NCBI GenBank assembly: GCA_038205935.1
Contig: JBBRBK010000021.1
Coordinates: 1-30,229 of the forward strand
DNA length: 30,229 nt
Source: Campylobacterales bacterium
GTDB lineage: Bacteria; Campylobacterota; Campylobacteria; Campylobacterales; Sulfurimonadaceae
Direction: 5' to 3'
The stretch's first letter is position 1, and every line of letters begins with the position of its first letter. The notes beneath the pieces are model-generated. The model saw only the letters and a program-made list of their open reading frames with translations. It made no database searches and was not told where the DNA came from. Shown here piece after piece: positions 9,009 to 17,998 of the stretch. A program made the translations under genes and the position numbers.

Positions 9009-9413
9009 ATGAAAAAAGTTTTAACAGTTCTAGGCTTGATGGTGACATTAGGATTTGGTGCGCCGATTGATGGATATATGCAGAGTTTAGCAAATGAGGC
9101 TAAAAAAGCAGATGCATCGTTTAAGGGCTTTGATGCGACAAGAGGAAAGCAGATATTTACCTCTGAACACATTGGCAAAAAAGGTCAAAATATCTCTTGT
9201 GCGAGTTGTCATACAAACGACTTGAAACAAGCAGGAAAGAATACATTTACAGCAAAAGTGATAGATCCTCTCTCACCAAAAGCAAATAAAGAGAGACTCA
9301 GCGACGTGAAAAATGTAGAAAAATGGTTGAAACGCAATTTCAACGATGTCTACAAAAGAGAGGGAACTGCCGTTGAAAAAGGCGATGTTCTTACATATAT
9401 AAAAAACTATTAA
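9009..9413 (+). CDS. SHP-like (DUF1924) monoheme cytochrome c
   Basis: Signal peptide; single CASCH; FDATRGKQIF, IDPLSP, VEKWLKRN, EKGDVLTY match the Sphaeroides heme protein family; SD AGGAG. Confidence 0.85.
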   Translation: MKKVLTVLGLMVTLGFGAPIDGYMQSLANEAKKADASFKGFDATRGKQIFTSEHIGKKGQNISCASCHTNDLKQAGKNTFTAKVIDPLSPKANKERLSDVKNVEKWLKRNFNDVYKREGTAVEKGDVLTYIKNY

Positions 9414-9425
9414 AAGGAAAAAGTT

Positions 9426-10028
9426 ATGAAAAAAGTTTTGATTATAGCGGCAGTGGCTGCTACGTTGATGAGTGGAGTTACATTGTTTGCGGATGATGAT
9501 GACAGATATGAGAGAAGCGGCTCGATGCAAAGTCAAAATATTGCGAAGTCCAATAGAGCACTAAGCGGATCTGAAAAAATGTATCAAAAAGAGTGTGGCT
9601 CGTGCCATATGGCGTATCAGCCACAGTTTTTACCACAACGCTCATGGAACAAGATGATGAAAAATTTGGACAACCACTTTGATGTGGATGCATCGCTTGA
9701 TGCAAATGATAACAAGACAATACTCACATATCTTACAAGTAACGCAGGAGATGATAAAGTTAAGAAGGTTGTCGTATATTTGCAAGGCAAATCTGTTGAT
9801 AAACATCTTTATAAGATGTCAAACTCTGTGGCGAGCAATGAAACACCGCTTAGAATAAGCCAAACTCCTTATTTCTTGAAAAAGCATAGAAAGATTGAAA
9901 AGCGTTTGATCGAGCAAAAAGAGGTCAAAAGTCTTGCAAACTGTACAGCATGTCACACGACGGCAAATCAAGGAAGTTATTCTGAGAGAGCTATAAAGAT
10001 CCCAAATTATGGAAGATGGGAAGACTAA
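9426..10028 (+). CDS. Diheme cytochrome c (DHC family)
   Basis: Signal peptide; YQKECGSCHMAY...LPQRSW...LDNHF; second heme motif NCTACH; PLRISQTPYF. Confidence 0.9.
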   Translation: MKKVLIIAAVAATLMSGVTLFADDDDRYERSGSMQSQNIAKSNRALSGSEKMYQKECGSCHMAYQPQFLPQRSWNKMMKNLDNHFDVDASLDANDNKTILTYLTSNAGDDKVKKVVVYLQGKSVDKHLYKMSNSVASNETPLRISQTPYFLKKHRKIEKRLIEQKEVKSLANCTACHTTANQGSYSERAIKIPNYGRWED

Positions 10029-10041
10029 ATTAGGAGTCTAA

Positions 10042-11151
10042 ATGAAAGCATATATCTGGAGTCTACCGACCCGCGTGTTTCATATGATGTTTGCCGCTTT
10101 TATCCTCACTGCATATTTTAGCGGTGATGAGGATAAACTTTCCACCTTACATGTAAGCTTTGGTTATGCGATAGGTGTGCTTGTTATGTACAGAATACTC
10201 TGGGGATTTGTGGGACCGAAGTATTCAAGATTTTCAGATTTTTCCTTACATGTAAAGGAGTTAAAAGAGTTTGTTCTCAATATCTTCAATCACAAAAAAT
10301 ACGTAGGGCATAATCCTGCAGCATCTTTTGTGATGATAACGATGTTTGCCGTCGTACTTTTAACGGTGGTAACAGGTATATTGACTTATGGCATTCAAGA
10401 AGGACGAGGAATCCTTAGTTTTTTAAATACTCCTTATTTTAAAGAGATGAAACTTTTTAAAGAGGTGCATGAGTTTTTTTCGACATTTTTAATGGTGCTT
10501 GTAGCCTTACATGTAAGCGGAGTGATCTTTGAGCGAGTGATGGATAAAGAGACCGATACTTTGGGTTCTATCATAAACGGACACAAAAATATCGAAGCGC
10601 CGAGTGTGACGTTGAACTTGTTTCAAAAAATCTTTTCGCTTTTAGCGCTTGTTCTGGCGGCATCTGTTTTATTTTATTCGCTTTTTTTTAACTCCGTTTT
10701 GACAAAAAGCAAAGATTTACCAATCTCTTATAAACAAGAAAATCCCGCATTTGTAGCAGAATGCGGCTCTTGCCACACTTTATATTCGCCTCATCTTTTA
10801 CCTCGTGCGTCTTGGAGCAAGATGATGGACAACTTGGATGATCATTTCGGAGATGATGCTTCACTTGATGAGGCAACAAGAGTTTCTATCAAAGAGTATT
10901 TGATGAAAAACTCGGCTGAGAGTTCGAGCAAAGAGAGCGCTTTTTATATATTAGAGTCCATAAAAGGGAATCAAGATATTATTGCCATAACGCAGACGCC
11001 ATATTGGAAAAAAAGACATGTGGGAATTGATAAAAATATATTTAGTAGAAATGAGATAAAATCTAAGGCAAACTGTAAAGCCTGTCACTCTGACATAGAG
11101 AAGGGCATGATCGAAGATATGAATATAAAAATTCCAAAGATAAAGGCTTAG
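10042..11151 (+). CDS. Cytochrome b (Ni-hydrogenase cytb-like) fused to a C-terminal DHC domain
   Basis: WSLPTRVFH, YRILWGFVGPKYSRF, GHNP, LHVSGV TM cytochrome b motifs; C-terminal ECGSCH...LPRASW...HFG...NCKACH. Confidence 0.9.
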   Translation: MKAYIWSLPTRVFHMMFAAFILTAYFSGDEDKLSTLHVSFGYAIGVLVMYRILWGFVGPKYSRFSDFSLHVKELKEFVLNIFNHKKYVGHNPAASFVMITMFAVVLLTVVTGILTYGIQEGRGILSFLNTPYFKEMKLFKEVHEFFSTFLMVLVALHVSGVIFERVMDKETDTLGSIINGHKNIEAPSVTLNLFQKIFSLLALVLAASVLFYSLFFNSVLTKSKDLPISYKQENPAFVAECGSCHTLYSPHLLPRASWSKMMDNLDDHFGDDASLDEATRVSIKEYLMKNSAESSSKESAFYILESIKGNQDIIAITQTPYWKKRHVGIDKNIFSRNEIKSKANCKACHSDIEKGMIEDMNIKIPKIKA

Positions 11152-11152
11152 T

Positions 11153-11542
11153 ATGAAAATAATTTTAATCTTTTTACTCTTCTTTACTTTAGGATTTGGC
11201 AAAGATGGACATAAAAATAGGGATCATGACTTTCATATGTCAAGAGATCTTGGATATCTGAGTCTTGATAATGAACAAAAAGAAAAGATATCTAAAATAG
11301 CATCTGAGAATGAAAAACAACTTAAACTTCTGCATGAAAAAAAAGAATTTGTAGAGAAGAAGGTGAAAGTTCTTTTCTTAGAGGATAAATTTGATCAAGA
11401 AAAAGTTTCAAAGCTTTTAGTTGAGCTAAAAACTGAGTCGATCGGAATTCAAACCGATATGTTTAAAAAGATACATGACGTTTTAAAACCAAAGCAAAGA
11501 GAGCTTTTTTTGCAATATAAAAAGGAGTGGGAAGTTGAATAA
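11153..11542 (+). CDS. Periplasmic Spy/CpxP-like helical protein with His-rich N-terminus
   Basis: Signal peptide; DGHKNRDHDFH; LTxxQ-like motifs LSLDNEQKEKI and VLKPKQRELF; sits just upstream of a two-component system. Confidence 0.65.
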   Translation: MKIILIFLLFFTLGFGKDGHKNRDHDFHMSRDLGYLSLDNEQKEKISKIASENEKQLKLLHEKKEFVEKKVKVLFLEDKFDQEKVSKLLVELKTESIGIQTDMFKKIHDVLKPKQRELFLQYKKEWEVE

Positions 11543-12206
11543 AAGGATTCTTCTTATCGAGGATGATGCCCTGATGCAAGAACTCATCAAAAACTACCTA
11601 CTCAACTACGGTTATGATGTCACAGCTTTTATACATCCAAAAGAAGCAATCGAGGATTTTAAAACAAATAAAGCAAAATATGACATTGTCATCTTAGACC
11701 TTATGCTTCCTGAAATGGATGGTTTTGATGTCTGCAAGGCACTTAAAAGCTACGGCGATATCCCTGTTATTATCTCTTCAGCTAGAGGCGATATCGGAAA
11801 TAAAATATATGGTTTTGAGATCGGTGCGGATGATTACCTTGCAAAGCCTTATGAACCGCGAGAGCTTGTTCTGCGCATAGAAGCTGTTTTAAAAAGAGCG
11901 CAAAAAAGCGACAAACTGAAAATTTCTGATTTTAGTGTGGATGAATCTAACCGTGAAGTATTGTTAGAAGACTATTCCATAGATTTTACGAAAGTAGAGT
12001 TTGAGATATTTCTATACCTCTTGAAAAACCATAACAAAGTGATCTCAAGAGATCAACTCATCAATGCCACTTCCCTTCACGAAGATACAAAAAACAGAAC
12101 CATCGATATGCACATCAGCAATATACGCCAAAAAATAGGCGATGACTCCAAAGATGCAAAGTACATCAAGTCTGTTTGGGGCATAGGGTATAAATTTATA
12201 GGATAG
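11535..12206 (+). CDS. OmpR/PhoB-family response regulator
   Basis: TTG start; LLIEDD, ILDLMLP, GADDYLAKPY; winged helix RTIDMHISNIRQK...SVWGIGYKF. Confidence 0.95.
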   Translation: MNKRILLIEDDALMQELIKNYLLNYGYDVTAFIHPKEAIEDFKTNKAKYDIVILDLMLPEMDGFDVCKALKSYGDIPVIISSARGDIGNKIYGFEIGADDYLAKPYEPRELVLRIEAVLKRAQKSDKLKISDFSVDESNREVLLEDYSIDFTKVEFEIFLYLLKNHNKVISRDQLINATSLHEDTKNRTIDMHISNIRQKIGDDSKDAKYIKSVWGIGYKFIG

Positions 12207-12209
12207 AAA

Positions 12210-13412
12210 ATGTCTATACAAAAAAAGATAACTATACTGTTTTTAAGCAGTCTTGTGATGATGAGCCTCATCGGGTTTTGGAGTGAAAAAACAAGTTTGC
12301 AAAAAGCCCAGATGATAGTGCAAAGTAGTTATATCACAAGTGCAAAAGAGTTGTTTTCCTCTCTTACTCATGGCGATACAACGCAACTTGAAGCAGTTAT
12401 CAACGAACTTGGACTTCAAGAGATCAAGGATAAAAGCATTGTAGAAAATGCAGAGCTCATCTTTCATCAAGAGCATACCTTTGGTGCGCTTAAAATATTG
12501 AAATTCTCCGGCAAATACTATCTCTATATCAAATATCTAGACACCGAACTCCTTTTATATGATGTTGCGCAAGAGCAAAGCATACATGAGCGTTATATAA
12601 CGAACTCTCTTGTCTCTTTAGACGTGATATTAATGTTTTTGATCTATCTCGTAATCTTAAAAATTCTTTCACCATTGAAACATATCAGCCAAAAAATGAA
12701 AGATTTTTCAAGCGGAAATCTTTTGGCTCGTGCGGTTGTAAGGTCAAAAGATGAGATAGGCGATGTCTCGCATAATTTTAATGAAATGGCAACAAAACTT
12801 CAAGAGGCACTAGATGCAAGAGAGGAGCTTTTAAGAGATGTCGGGCACGAACTTAGAACGCCTATCGCAAAGGGAAAATTCGCGTTAGAGGGTGTGAGTG
12901 AGGGCAAAGAAAAAGAGATAATCAAAAGAGCTTTTAACGACCTTGATACTCTAACAAGCGAGATACTTCAGATGCAACTTCTAAGCAAAGAAGATTTGTT
13001 TGAATACACCAGATTTGAAGCTCAGACGCTTATCACTGAGGCCTTATCAAAACTCACGATAGAAAATGAAGATGAGTTACAAATCGAGATAGAGGATTTT
13101 TTTATTGAGGGTGACTTATATTATCTTACCATTGCACTCAAAAATTTAATAGACAATGCTCTAAAATATTCAACTTTAAAACCAATTTTTATCGAGGCAA
13201 AAGATAGAAAGATATCTGTTATAAGCAGTGGAAAGAAACTTGATAAGAGTTTTGATTATTATACTCAAGCATTTACGCAAAATAAGAGTGGTTCCAATGG
13301 GTTTGGAATTGGTCTCAATATTGTCAGTAAAATAGTTGCAAAGCATCATTTTAAACTTGAGTATGAGTATCAAGATGATAAAAATAGGTTTAGTCTCATT
13401 TTTATTCACTAG
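12210..13412 (+). CDS. Sensor histidine kinase (2 TM, HAMP, HisKA, HATPase; ArsS-like)
   Basis: Two TM helices; HAMP DEIGDVSHNFNEM; H-box HELRTP; N-box NLIDNALKY; GFGIGL. Confidence 0.95.
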   Translation: MSIQKKITILFLSSLVMMSLIGFWSEKTSLQKAQMIVQSSYITSAKELFSSLTHGDTTQLEAVINELGLQEIKDKSIVENAELIFHQEHTFGALKILKFSGKYYLYIKYLDTELLLYDVAQEQSIHERYITNSLVSLDVILMFLIYLVILKILSPLKHISQKMKDFSSGNLLARAVVRSKDEIGDVSHNFNEMATKLQEALDAREELLRDVGHELRTPIAKGKFALEGVSEGKEKEIIKRAFNDLDTLTSEILQMQLLSKEDLFEYTRFEAQTLITEALSKLTIENEDELQIEIEDFFIEGDLYYLTIALKNLIDNALKYSTLKPIFIEAKDRKISVISSGKKLDKSFDYYTQAFTQNKSGSNGFGIGLNIVSKIVAKHHFKLEYEYQDDKNRFSLIFIH

Positions 13413-13440
13413 GGTTATGTAAATTTAAACCCTTTTTTAC

Positions 13441-13446
13441 TATAAT
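13441..13446 (+). promoter_or_regulatory. -10 box of the rppH-lysC-hobA-holB-folP operon
   Basis: TATAAT 25 nt before the ATG at 13472; SD AGGA follows. Confidence 0.6.
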
Positions 13447-13471
13447 CACGCACTTAACTTTAGGATGTTTT

Positions 13472-13942
13472 ATGACAAACACAAAACCGTACCGTCCAAA
13501 TGTTTGCGCTATCATCGTCTCGAGTGCATATCCTGATAAAACCGAGATCTTTATAGCTGAGCGTTCAGATATAGAAGGTGTTTGGCAATTTCCCCAAGGC
13601 GGAATCGACAGAGGAGAATCCCCAGAGGAAGCTCTTTATCGTGAACTCAAAGAGGAGATAGGGACAGATAAGATAAAAATTATTGCCGAGTATCCAGACT
13701 GGATTGCATACGATTTTCCTCCACGAGTTATGGAATCTATGAAACCTTTTTATGGTCAGACTCAGAGATATTATCTCGTTAGGCTGAAGAAAAAAGCAGT
13801 TGTCAATCTTGCAACAAAACATCCTGAGTTTGTGAAATACAAATATGTTTCACTAGATGAAGCTTTTGCAATGATGGCGGAGCTGAAAAAGCCTGTTTAT
13901 ACCAAGGCAATCGAATATTTTAAATCAGAGGGTTACTTATAA
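13472..13942 (+). CDS. rppH: RNA pyrophosphohydrolase (Nudix)
   Basis: YRPNV; WQFPQGGIDRGESPEEALYRELKEEIGT Nudix box; GQTQRY. Confidence 0.95.
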   Translation: MTNTKPYRPNVCAIIVSSAYPDKTEIFIAERSDIEGVWQFPQGGIDRGESPEEALYRELKEEIGTDKIKIIAEYPDWIAYDFPPRVMESMKPFYGQTQRYYLVRLKKKAVVNLATKHPEFVKYKYVSLDEAFAMMAELKKPVYTKAIEYFKSEGYL

Positions 13943-15153
13943 TGTTAATTGTACAAAAGTTTGGCGGAACAAGTGTTGGGGATTTGGAAAGAATCCAAAA
14001 CGTTGCAAACCGCGTCAGTAAGACAGTAAAAGAGGGACATCAAGTGGTAGTTGTTGTTTCAGCAATGAGCGGAGAGACAAATAAACTTGTAGCGTATGCT
14101 GAACATTTCAGCCAAAATCCAGCGCGTAATGAAGTGGATATGTTGCTTAGTTCAGGTGAGCGAGTTACAGCGGCACTTCTTTCTATTGCTTTAAATGAGA
14201 TGGGAATGCCAGCTGTTTCTATGAGTGGTCGTCGTGCGGGAATTGTAACAGATGCTATCCATACAAAAGCGAGAATCGAGAGTATTGATCCTTCAAAGAT
14301 GTTTGAGGAACTAAGCGGCGGTAAAGTTGTAGTAATCGCAGGTTTTCAAGGCGTAGATGATAATGGCAATGTCACAACTTTAGGCCGTGGTGGAAGTGAT
14401 CTTTCAGCTGTTGCTATTGCGGGCGCTCTTAAAGCTGATCTTTGTGAGATTTATACCGATGTAAGCGGAATCTACACAACTGATCCACGTATCGAGCCAA
14501 AAGCGAAAAAACTTGATATGATCTCTTATGATGAGATGCTTGAGCTTGCTAGCCTTGGGGCAAAAGTACTGCAAAACCGTTCTGTTGAACTTGCAAAAAA
14601 ACTCAATGTCAATCTTGTCACACGTACAAGTTTTACAGATGAAGAGGGAACATTAATCACTAAGGAAGAAAATATTATGGAAAAACCACTTGTAAGCGGA
14701 ATCGCATTAGATAAAAATCAGTCTCGTATCTCTTTGATGGGTGTAAAAGATCGTCCAGGAATCGCCTCAGATATCTTCAATAAACTCGCAGACAGCAGTG
14801 TAAACATTGATATGATTATTCAAACTGTCGGACATGATGGGATGACAAATCTTGACTTTACTGTTCCTAAAAATGAGATACTCGATGCAAAAGCTGTTAT
14901 GGATATATTTTTAGTGGCAAATGAGATTCAAGATGTTTCTTATGATGATAGTATCTGTAAAGTTTCTATCGTTGGTGTTGGGATGAAATCACACACTGGT
15001 GTTGCTGCAAAAGCATTCTCGACAATGGCAGCTGAAAATATCAACATCTCGATGATCTCAACTTCTGAGATAAAAGTCTCTATGGTTATCAGTGAAAAAT
15101 ATGCGGAGCTTGCTGTGCGTTCACTTCATAGCGCTTACGCACTAGATAAGTAA
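13942..15153 (+). CDS. lysC: Aspartate kinase
   Basis: VQKFGGTSV, TTLGRGGSDLSA, YTDVSGIYTTDPR; two C-terminal ACT domains (STSEIKVS). Confidence 0.98.
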   Translation: MLIVQKFGGTSVGDLERIQNVANRVSKTVKEGHQVVVVVSAMSGETNKLVAYAEHFSQNPARNEVDMLLSSGERVTAALLSIALNEMGMPAVSMSGRRAGIVTDAIHTKARIESIDPSKMFEELSGGKVVVIAGFQGVDDNGNVTTLGRGGSDLSAVAIAGALKADLCEIYTDVSGIYTTDPRIEPKAKKLDMISYDEMLELASLGAKVLQNRSVELAKKLNVNLVTRTSFTDEEGTLITKEENIMEKPLVSGIALDKNQSRISLMGVKDRPGIASDIFNKLADSSVNIDMIIQTVGHDGMTNLDFTVPKNEILDAKAVMDIFLVANEIQDVSYDDSICKVSIVGVGMKSHTGVAAKAFSTMAAENINISMISTSEIKVSMVISEKYAELAVRSLHSAYALDK

Positions 15154-15161
15154 ACTATATT

Positions 15162-15707
15162 ATGCAGAGTTTTGAGAAATGGACGCTTGATGCTATCCGC
15201 AGTGATGGCGCAAGTTTAAGTTGGCTAGAGGAGTACAGATTTGAATGGACGACGATAGTAGAACTTGCTATTTCTCAGATTATGGAGGGGAAAACCATTG
15301 TTATTATCACAGATCGTGAGCGAAAATGGTTTGAATCTTATATAGTAAGTTCTATCAATAAATTAACAACCGATCGCCCGATTATCCCTATCGTGAGTAT
15401 AGACAGTATCTATTTTCACTATGATGATATCTCCGGCGCGAAGATGATTGATATGCTCGATGATATGCTTTCCATCACCTATAAAGAGGATTATTTTTTC
15501 TGGTATATCGGAAAAGGTGAAGATAAGCGTGTCGATATCGCAAAGCGAAAAGACAACAGTTTGTTATGGATATTTGATGAGGATTTTCAAAACGCCTTTA
15601 CGATGAAATCATATGATAGCCAGCTTGATATCAAACTCTTACAACTTTTTACTCTTTTTAACATTTCGCTGAGTGCCGTACTTTTTGGAGAAGTGGATGC
15701 ACAGTGA
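15162..15707 (+). CDS. hobA: HobA DnaA-binding replication initiation regulator
   Basis: WTLDAIR...SWLEEYRFEW...YFFWYIGK...DIKLLQL; located between lysC and holB as in Helicobacter. Confidence 0.88.
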   Translation: MQSFEKWTLDAIRSDGASLSWLEEYRFEWTTIVELAISQIMEGKTIVIITDRERKWFESYIVSSINKLTTDRPIIPIVSIDSIYFHYDDISGAKMIDMLDDMLSITYKEDYFFWYIGKGEDKRVDIAKRKDNSLLWIFDEDFQNAFTMKSYDSQLDIKLLQLFTLFNISLSAVLFGEVDAQ

Positions 15708-16320
15708 TCTTGGTTCGCACATCATCATCGATAAAGAGAGCGAACAAAGAGTTCCCTCACTTTTAGCAGAGCTCAAAGGTTCAAGAGTCATCACATTTTT
15801 AGAAGATGACTTTAAAGTCGAACATGCAAAGGCTGTTATCGCTGAAGCTTATATTAGTGAGGAAAATCTCAAAACCATCATCATCGCTACAAAAAACTTC
15901 AATATATATTCGCAAAATGCACTTTTAAAAATCTTGGAAGAACCTCCGAGAAACATCGAGTTCATTATTATCGTTCCTACAAAATCATTGCTTCTTCCTA
16001 CGATTCGCTCACGTCTGCCGATACTTAAAAAACAAGAACATCGTGAAAAAAAAGAGATCGATTTTAGTTTTGCAAAACTTGATAATGCGATGATATTTTC
16101 TTTTTTAAAAGAGCATGAGCGAGCTGGTCGACATGAAGCAAAGACGATGGTTGAAGCACTTTTTTATAGAGCAACGGTTGTTGATAAACTAATTTTATCT
16201 ACTTATCAGCTTGAATGTTTTGATAAAGCGTACAGACTTTTGGAAGTCAATGCAAGACCTCAAAGTGTTTTTGCTTTAGTGCTTATGAGTTTTATGGGAG
16301 CAAGCGATGCGGACTCTTAA
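15697..16320 (+). CDS. holB: DNA polymerase III subunit delta' (short Campylobacterota form)
   Basis: QNALLKILEEPP, LLPTIRSR. Start moved to ATG 15697 (SD GGAG at 15687) from the track's GTG at 15673. Confidence 0.92.
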   Translation: MHSDLGSHIIIDKESEQRVPSLLAELKGSRVITFLEDDFKVEHAKAVIAEAYISEENLKTIIIATKNFNIYSQNALLKILEEPPRNIEFIIIVPTKSLLLPTIRSRLPILKKQEHREKKEIDFSFAKLDNAMIFSFLKEHERAGRHEAKTMVEALFYRATVVDKLILSTYQLECFDKAYRLLEVNARPQSVFALVLMSFMGASDADS

Positions 16321-17443
16321 GCTTTCTAATGAGATTGATTTTAAAAAGACTCTGCGAGAATTAGGCGTTGATGGCGGCGGAGTGGAAATACTCGCTTCAA
16401 AAATGCAACACCATATTTTCTATATCAAAGATTTACATGTAGGCGCGGCAAATATCTTAAAACAAGATGCGCTCTCCATTGGCGCGGACTTAGCCGTTCC
16501 AAGAGGCACGGTGATTGCGATGCATAAAACTGTGGATGCGATCTTGATAGCGACGCAAAAACAGCTCGTAGAACTCAGCCGTAAAGAGTTGGCTCAACCC
16601 TTTGGGCTTAAAGAGTTAGCTCAGCAGTTAAAAGTTTTTTCTAAAATCACGATGCCGAAAAAAGTTGAAATTATGGGAATCATCAACGCCAATGATGACA
16701 GCTTTTTTCAAGAGAGTAGATTTAAAGATAGCAGTGCAATTTTAAAGATAGAGCAGATGATAGAAGAGGGCGCTTCCATCATCGATATCGGCGGTGTTTC
16801 TTCACGTCCGGGAAGCTTACATGTAAGCGCTGAAAAAGAACTTTCTCGCATAAAACCTATAATTGACACCTTGTATGCACAAAAGATTTATGAAAAAACG
16901 GTGTTGAGTATAGATAGCTATGAACCGAGGGTGATCTCATATGTGCTAGAAAGAGGATTTAAAATCGTCAACGATATCACAGGCTTGGCGAATGATGAGG
17001 TTTGTAAACTTTGTGCTGAGTATGATGCATCGCCCGTGATTATGCATATGCAGGGAAAACCTCAAGATATGCAGTGCGATCCTTCTTATGACAATGTAGT
17101 CTTACATGTAGAGGATTTTTTTAAAGAGAGAATTGAGAAAGCACAAAGTTTTGGCATTAAAGATCTTATCTTGGATGTCGGTATTGGCTTTGGAAAAACA
17201 TTACAACATAACATCGAGTTGATTAAAAACTTAGAGCATTTTTTACATCTTGGATATCCGCTTTTAGTGGGTGCGAGTAGAAAATCGATGATAGATATGA
17301 TAAGCCCATCAAAGGTTGAACAGAGAGTTGCGGGAACTTTAGCACTTCACTTAAAAGCCGTAGAAAATGGCGCTTCCATACTCCGAGTTCACGATGTCTA
17401 TGAACACTCTCAAGCTTTACATATAAGAGATGCGCTTAGATAA
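16307..17443 (+). CDS. folP: Dihydropteroate synthase with N-terminal extension
   Basis: IMGIINANDDSF, IDIGGVSSRPG, LDVGIGFGK, GASRKS, RVHDV; about 120-aa N-terminal domain containing ANILKQDALSIGADLA. Confidence 0.96.
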   Translation: MRTLKLSNEIDFKKTLRELGVDGGGVEILASKMQHHIFYIKDLHVGAANILKQDALSIGADLAVPRGTVIAMHKTVDAILIATQKQLVELSRKELAQPFGLKELAQQLKVFSKITMPKKVEIMGIINANDDSFFQESRFKDSSAILKIEQMIEEGASIIDIGGVSSRPGSLHVSAEKELSRIKPIIDTLYAQKIYEKTVLSIDSYEPRVISYVLERGFKIVNDITGLANDEVCKLCAEYDASPVIMHMQGKPQDMQCDPSYDNVVLHVEDFFKERIEKAQSFGIKDLILDVGIGFGKTLQHNIELIKNLEHFLHLGYPLLVGASRKSMIDMISPSKVEQRVAGTLALHLKAVENGASILRVHDVYEHSQALHIRDALR

Positions 17444-17899
17444 TTATATGTTGTCAAATGCCGACTGTTGTAGTGCTGTTATTCGTCTCTCTAATTTTTC
17501 AATATGTTTTAATAATTCATCAGAGATCTCTTTGAGATTATGATAATACTCTTTTGCGATCTCTTGTTCAGTCTGCGAAACATGTTTTTTTAGATTGAAG
17601 AGTTTTGAAAAGAAAGATTTATTGGCATCGCCAAAATATATTTTAAAGATTTTGATGTATTCATCATGCAAGTCTTGATGTTTTGTACCGATATCTGAGA
17701 TACAGTCCATTCCAGCCATCATAGCAATTTTTTGACCATCACTATAAAACCACTGTCCAAACATACACTCAGTATAATCCATTGGTATTGCATCTTTTTC
17801 AACCGGTATATTTGAAATTAATGCTTTCGCGCGCTGTAGCCACTTAAGGTGGGCTTTTTTTGCATCTCTGAGGTGATCTAAAACTTCATTTTTATTCAT
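17444..17899 (-). CDS. Standalone CZB (chemoreceptor zinc-binding) domain protein
   Basis: HLKW, CMFGQWFY and HQDLH give the 3His/1Cys zinc motif. Confidence 0.85.
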   Translation of the reverse strand: MNKNEVLDHLRDAKKAHLKWLQRAKALISNIPVEKDAIPMDYTECMFGQWFYSDGQKIAMMAGMDCISDIGTKHQDLHDEYIKIFKIYFGDANKSFFSKLFNLKKHVSQTEQEIAKEYYHNLKEISDELLKHIEKLERRITALQQSAFDNI

Positions 17900-17998
17900 A
17901 TCTAATTCCTGTGATAATCACGTTTAATATAATTATTATACTTGAGGATAACCTTACATTTTTGAAAATATATAATTAGTTTTATTTATTAATAAAAC

